From assembly GCA_003136295.1 (NCBI GenBank), contig PLDZ01000232.1, forward strand, positions 1-52,973: a DNA stretch of 52,973 nucleotides, given 5' to 3'. Origin of the DNA: Candidatus Dormiibacterota bacterium. Its GTDB lineage: Bacteria; Chloroflexota; Dormibacteria; Aeolococcales; Aeolococcaceae. A program made the position numbers and the translations under genes. The notes beneath the pieces are model-generated. The model was not told the origin of the DNA, did no database searches, and was given only the letters and a program-made list of their open reading frames with translations. Each line of letters starts with the position of its first letter. Positions within the stretch are counted from its first letter, which is position 1. Shown here one piece after another: positions 48,249 through 52,973 of the stretch.

Positions 48249-49595
48249 TCAAACCGCTAGCAGTTGTTCGCCGGTGTCCTGACTTAGGGCGAGCAACGCG
48301 GAAGCGGCGATCAACCGAACCAGGTCAACATTCACCGCGTTACCCAGTGCACGAAAGGCAGCACCGCGCGACAATGGGAGTAGGTGATCATCCGGGAAGC
48401 CTTGCAGACGCAATCCTTCGCGCCGAGTTAGGAAGCGGCGCTCCGGGCCTAGAAGCGGGATTTGTGTAGTAGTCATGGCTACAAGAGCGGGCGAGGCGGT
48501 CATTCGCTTGACGCGGAGACCGGAGGGCCGAAACTGCATGACATGGTCCCAGAGGTCGCGCCTTTCTCCCTGGCAATTCCATTCGAACTTTCGCAGGGAC
48601 GGCTGCATGGAGCGCAGTTGAGAGCGCCACTCGAGAGGAAGATACTGCCGGTTGGCATTCCAAAAATCGCGGTTCTGCCGGATGAAGCGCACCTTCCACC
48701 CGGGGAACCGCGGTCCCGTTTCCCGTGCGTAGGCCGGAAGGCGCTCCAGCAGTTCCGCGGTCGTAAGCGGCTTCTTGCCCCTGTACCGGCACGCTTTCGC
48801 AAGATCGGGCTTCGGTAGGCGAGCTGGCACCAATTGCTCAAACGGATATCGTGCGTCCAACTCATCGCCCCACACTGGAAAGGACGGCAGAGGTGTGTCG
48901 GAAGGCAAACGCTGCAGGAACTCGTTCCAGTGATTGACGCACCGCTCCTGCGGGGCGGACATGCTCGTCTCGGCATTGTCAGCAATCGTCAACTCATCCA
49001 CGGGTTGGACTATCGTTTTCAAGTTTGGCGCCGAACCTGGGCGACGAACTGGAAGCACATTGCGATCCCAAGGCGTAAGCCGGCCTACGACGAAGAAGCG
49101 CTCGCGATGGTGTGGGTACCCAAAGTGATGTGGCGAAAGCAGGCCGCTGCCACCGCTTGCCATATGGGTAGTCGCCTGTACATCGTAACCGAGCTTTGCT
49201 AGCGACCGGCGAACGATCCTCCACGTGCGCCCACTGTCGTGGCGCTCAAAGTTGCCAACATTTTCCAGGAAGACATACTCCGGGCGATGGCGCTCCAAGA
49301 TCGTCAGCACGTCGTAGAAGAGAGTTCCACGCGTCTCGTCGAGGACGCCGTCTTGAGAGCCTGACTTCGAGAATGGCTGGCATGGGAACCCTGCGCAGAG
49401 GATGTCGTGATGAGGGACTTTGTCGACAGAAGCGCGGAGGTCGCCGAATGTGTACTCAGTTGCTGACTCATAGTTGAGCGTGTAGAGACTGCGCAGTTCC
49501 TCGTCGATCTCGCACGCGTAGACGCACTCATGGCCAAGGGATGTGAACGCTCGGTGGAATCCCCCAATACCGGCGAAGAGATCAACGAATTTCAC
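48249..49595 (-). CDS. dcm: DNA (cytosine-5)-methyltransferase
   Basis: C5-MTase motifs appear in order: I DLFAGIGGF, IV GFPCQPFS, VI FLENV, VIII HHRERFFVVG, X ALGNAVNV. Confidence 0.93.
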   Translation of the reverse strand: MKFVDLFAGIGGFHRAFTSLGHECVYACEIDEELRSLYTLNYESATEYTFGDLRASVDKVPHHDILCAGFPCQPFSKSGSQDGVLDETRGTLFYDVLTILERHRPEYVFLENVGNFERHDSGRTWRIVRRSLAKLGYDVQATTHMASGGSGLLSPHHFGYPHHRERFFVVGRLTPWDRNVLPVRRPGSAPNLKTIVQPVDELTIADNAETSMSAPQERCVNHWNEFLQRLPSDTPLPSFPVWGDELDARYPFEQLVPARLPKPDLAKACRYRGKKPLTTAELLERLPAYARETGPRFPGWKVRFIRQNRDFWNANRQYLPLEWRSQLRSMQPSLRKFEWNCQGERRDLWDHVMQFRPSGLRVKRMTASPALVAMTTTQIPLLGPERRFLTRREGLRLQGFPDDHLLPLSRGAAFRALGNAVNVDLVRLIAASALLALSQDTGEQLLAV

Positions 49596-49816
49596 GTTAG
49601 TGCCCTATCGAGGCGGCAAAGGGCTGGCTGGCGAGCCGAAGATCTTAGTACCGCCACACATGATGCGATCATGCCATTTACGGTGCGCCGACGCTAGGGA
49701 CAGAAGCGCAATAGCCAAGTGGCTCGATTGCAAGCCGTACCTGACCTCAGCTTGAAGGGTTTGCCGCCTTCGGTGATCGCGCCGCGCCGGCGTACGCCGC
49801 GCCCGCGATGGCCTGA

Positions 49817-50764
49817 TCAGGATCCCAACCCTATGAGGCTGGCGAGGCCTTGTGGTTGGGCCGCGCTAACGCCAGTGAGGTCCACCTCGAACTCCACCCT
49901 GCTGATGGCGACCGGAATGGGGAGGGCGATTGCTGGCACGTCCTCGGCCAGAAAAACACGAACGCTGGCCAGCGACGCCTCGAGGTCATATCGGGTTTGC
50001 TCCGTGGGGTTCCACGCGTTTCCGAGCCATTTGGCGGCTTGCCTTTCCAACTTCAATTGAAGTTCGCCGCGGCCGGCCAATCTTGGCACGATGCGATTGA
50101 CCAGATCAGGCACGGTCTCTCCACCGGCGCTGGGGATGGCGAGGATCGAAACGACCCAGACTTTCCGCCCACCTGAAGGTCGAAGTTGCGTCAACCCAAA
50201 TCGATGACGCCTGACCTCGCCACGGGTCGTCTTGATCTCTAGAGCCTCATCGCCCAACACAAAGTCGAGGGCCTCCGATGGCTCGCCGTGCCACGCCTCA
50301 AGGAGCCGAATAGGATCATTGCAGCGAGCAATCACCGCCAACTCGCCCCAGAGACCTAGCTCGCCGGCATTGGGCGGCCGCTGCGCGGCCTCGAAGAGTT
50401 CGACGAGGACCTCGATCGATTCTCGTATCGTCGAACAACCGAACGCCGGCAACAACCGTGCCAGAGCCACGAACCGCTCTCGGAGAGCGGCGTTGCTCGA
50501 CGTACACCGCACCACGGTGAAGCTGCCGGATCTAGGCTCGGCGCCCGGCTCGCGAACGATGCAGGCCGCGTGCGGAAAAGTCTGGAGATTCTGCAAGATG
50601 AGCGGTGTTCCCACCTTCTGGCTCGGCTCACTCGGAACCAGAACTGCTACAGATTGGATGCTGCTGCCAAGCAGCCAACTCGTTCCGACACCCAACGACT
50701 CAGTCTCAAAGACGAGGTCTGTGGAGGAGCCTTCAGCAGACGGATGCACAGGTGCGCTAGGCAC
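49817..50764 (-). CDS. PD-(D/E)XK-motif protein (DUF4420-like putative nuclease)
   Basis: The central block GELGLWGELAVI..EALDFVLGDEALEIKTT gives a D..E-x-K arrangement. The start overlaps the Z1 gene stop by 8 nt. Confidence 0.65.
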   Translation of the reverse strand: MPSAPVHPSAEGSSTDLVFETESLGVGTSWLLGSSIQSVAVLVPSEPSQKVGTPLILQNLQTFPHAACIVREPGAEPRSGSFTVVRCTSSNAALRERFVALARLLPAFGCSTIRESIEVLVELFEAAQRPPNAGELGLWGELAVIARCNDPIRLLEAWHGEPSEALDFVLGDEALEIKTTRGEVRRHRFGLTQLRPSGGRKVWVVSILAIPSAGGETVPDLVNRIVPRLAGRGELQLKLERQAAKWLGNAWNPTEQTRYDLEASLASVRVFLAEDVPAIALPIPVAISRVEFEVDLTGVSAAQPQGLASLIGLGS

Positions 50765-52937
50765 CCTGAACCACTGCTGCGCCGGTCAGCCGCTTTGGAA
50801 CCCAGACGGCCAGCACGGCCGTCGGGTCTTGCACCGGACGATCATCGTGGGTCACCTCAACTCTGTGCAACTGCACTGTCAAGACGTCAGGCGAATGCAC
50901 CGAAGCATCACCAGGATACCCACCGGATTTCGGATCCCGTCCCTGAAACAGGTTGTTCACGTTGGCGCCGTCCTGGCGCCGCCTACGAAGCGCGGGCTGC
51001 ATGTGCACCAGGAAAGCGCGTTCGTCTCCGCCTTCATCGATGACCCGCTGTAGCACGAGACCGAGAGCCACCAAGGCAGCATCGTCGTCGTCTTGGCCTG
51101 TGTAGTCGACCAACAGTTCGACGATGTTGGACAACAAAACCTTCGTGATCGGGTGCTGGAACTGCCAGTCCGTCTGGTTGAGGGCCCAGGAGTGGCTGGC
51201 GAGCACTGAATCGAGCAGCGCTGAGTTCGACTGCAGAAGCTTGGTGTCATCTGTGACAACGACCGACTGACGCCACCATGCGTCGCCGAACACGGAATGT
51301 TGCAGTTGCAGACGAACCACCGCGGCGCGAGTTGGCTTCATGCCCTTGTCAAGCAGGAACCTCCGTCGCCAGGTGCGGAGAGACTCACCGCTCTTGACCA
51401 CACCGGCAAGCTCCTTACGCATGCTCTCTTCATGTTCGACGTATCGTGTGAAAGCAGCCGCTACGTCAGTCTCGAGCCAGGCACGACATAGAGACGCATA
51501 AGGGCCCTTGTATCCGAAGAATCGGGCTCGCTGCTGGATCGTGTCGGCATTACCGACGCCCTTCCCTCGCGGCATGTACGTTATCGTCAACCCTTCAACA
51601 GTGAACCCTCGGTCCAGCAACTGTCCTCCAACAAGAACCCATGCGTAAGCCTGGGACCACGGCACCTTGGCTTCACCAGCTGCATTGATCACCTGCATGC
51701 GTAGTTGAAGAAGAGCGACAGGGAGTTGGGCGATCAGGTCCTCGTCGGTTGCGAGCCCAGATTCGGTCCCTCGGAGATCGTTGATGGCTGGCACGATCAG
51801 CGTCCGAAGTAGGTCTCGGCGATCGGCATCGGTGTCTGGCGCTTCCAGCAGTTCCAGCCATAGCTTGCGAAGGCTCTTCAGCCAATGGGCTGTCTCACCT
51901 TGCGGCGCTACCTGTTGGGAAGGATGGACGAGCATGCTCCGTTGGGTCGGCGCCCTAGGGGATTGAAGTGAGCCGTGCGCCACGCCGACGAGGAACGTCG
52001 CGAACGCCTGCTGAAGAGACTTCGGCGTCTCATGGCCCTTCTCTTTGAATGCAACCACGTCTTCGTCTGGTATGAGCCGGACGAAGTCTTTGTGATGCTC
52101 CTTGAAGAAGTACGAGCCACCCGTGTAGCCGCTTCCGGGCTCCAGAAGGGTTACCCAGTCGGGAGAGAGTTTATCCGCGAGGCTTATCAGGAGGGGAGCC
52201 TGCGGCGTCGCGGTGTACTGCAGAAACGTGTGACGCGGCAGAGCGTGACGGATCCTGCGGATCTGTGAATACGTCGTGCTTTCCTTGTCCGCGGCATGCT
52301 GCACGTTCGGAGAGGCTTGATCTGCCTCATCGTCGATAATCAGTGCTGGAAAGGATGACGAATCTCGGCGTTTGGAGACGTCTTCGAGCACGAGTGCAAG
52401 CTGTTCAAGCTGCTGGTACCGCTTCATCACGGTGACGAGAATGGTCGGTTGATTGCTTGACGAGCCCTTGCCCCATTGATCGAGGTCCGCGGTCAGTTGT
52501 TCGACAGCAACTTGCCCCTTTGGGCTCGGGAGATGTTGCCAGCGTTCATAAGCGTCCCCGGCGGCTAGGCGAAGGTCTTCGGTCAGGCGATCTCGAGACT
52601 GCTGAAGCAGCAGGTCGCTCGTGCCGGCGATGAGGATGACGATGGCGTAGTCATTGTCGCGGGCAAGCGCGGCGACAGTTGTGAAGGACAGCGTCTTGCC
52701 GCTCTGAACATATCCGACCACCAAGCCCGCGCGACCCTCGGGGGGTTGATCATGAGCAGGTGGGCTGCACCTGGACAGGATGTCTAAGGAACTGTCACGA
52801 ACGCTGTCTCGAATCGCCGCATCCTGACGTTCTAGAAGGCCGTAGCACTCAGCGCCTTCTACGGGGTCCCAGCGCGCTTCCGACGAACTAGAACTCGAGC
52901 CGCCTCCGAGCAAGGTGACGGTCGTGCCTCCGGTCAT
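50757..52937 (-). CDS. Z1-domain protein (helicase-like P-loop ATPase + Z1 C-terminal domain)
   Basis: Walker A VVGYVQSGKTLSF, Walker B/DEAD-like ALIIDDEADQASPN and LQYTATPQAPLL are present, followed by a long C-terminal domain as in Z1-domain proteins. The ATG forms an ATGA overlap with an upstream gene. Confidence 0.75.
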   Translation of the reverse strand: MTGGTTVTLLGGGSSSSSSEARWDPVEGAECYGLLERQDAAIRDSVRDSSLDILSRCSPPAHDQPPEGRAGLVVGYVQSGKTLSFTTVAALARDNDYAIVILIAGTSDLLLQQSRDRLTEDLRLAAGDAYERWQHLPSPKGQVAVEQLTADLDQWGKGSSSNQPTILVTVMKRYQQLEQLALVLEDVSKRRDSSSFPALIIDDEADQASPNVQHAADKESTTYSQIRRIRHALPRHTFLQYTATPQAPLLISLADKLSPDWVTLLEPGSGYTGGSYFFKEHHKDFVRLIPDEDVVAFKEKGHETPKSLQQAFATFLVGVAHGSLQSPRAPTQRSMLVHPSQQVAPQGETAHWLKSLRKLWLELLEAPDTDADRRDLLRTLIVPAINDLRGTESGLATDEDLIAQLPVALLQLRMQVINAAGEAKVPWSQAYAWVLVGGQLLDRGFTVEGLTITYMPRGKGVGNADTIQQRARFFGYKGPYASLCRAWLETDVAAAFTRYVEHEESMRKELAGVVKSGESLRTWRRRFLLDKGMKPTRAAVVRLQLQHSVFGDAWWRQSVVVTDDTKLLQSNSALLDSVLASHSWALNQTDWQFQHPITKVLLSNIVELLVDYTGQDDDDAALVALGLVLQRVIDEGGDERAFLVHMQPALRRRRQDGANVNNLFQGRDPKSGGYPGDASVHSPDVLTVQLHRVEVTHDDRPVQDPTAVLAVWVPKRLTGAAVVQGA

Positions 52938-52973
52938 GAACCGCCGCCAAGGGTTGCGGCGAGGGGTCCACGG
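52934..52973 (-). CDS. 3' end of an unidentified upstream gene of the Z1 operon (partial, runs off the window)
   Basis: The minus-strand frame reads ..RGPLAATLGGGS then TGA (52936-52934), overlapping the Z1 ATG. Too short to identify. Confidence 0.4.
   Translation of the reverse strand, partial: RGPLAATLGGGS

Overview
High-GC bacterial chromosome segment (roughly 60-65% G+C by eye). Frequent GTG/TTG starts, many 4-nt ATGA/GTGA gene overlaps and an AdnAB-type helicase-nuclease pair fit an Actinomycetota-like genome best; this is inference only. Positions 1-30489 look like ordinary metabolic DNA. They hold a partial FGGY sugar kinase, a 2-hydroxyacid dehydrogenase, prs, a decayed SF1-helicase fragment, GntR- and LacI-family regulators, an SDR/CoA-transferase/MaoC operon and an amidase. 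They also hold a minus-strand operon (signal-less SBP-like protein, MFS, PLP enzyme, M20 peptidase, L-fuconate dehydratase), a 9-gene Dpp-type ABC uptake/catabolic operon with an embedded PhnZ-like HD protein, and an orphan E1-type thiamine-diphosphate enzyme. A 16-bp palindromic LacI-type operator recurs in front of at least three of these transcription units. From about 30.8 kb to the right edge the content becomes accessory and defence-island-like, with no integrase, transposase or tRNA visible. This part holds a translationally coupled pair (402-aa protein with a phage-portal-like core plus an 825-aa DUF2254-like membrane protein), about 1 kb of relic DNA and several small hypothetical genes. 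It continues with an AdnA/AdnB-like pair, a 2-TM HEPN (RNRWAH) protein, a dcm-vsr-wHTH module, and a Z1-ATPase / PD-(D/E)XK pair whose operon runs off the window. No rRNA, tRNA or CRISPR array was seen. All functional calls come from motif recognition by eye on the supplied translations; no database search was run.
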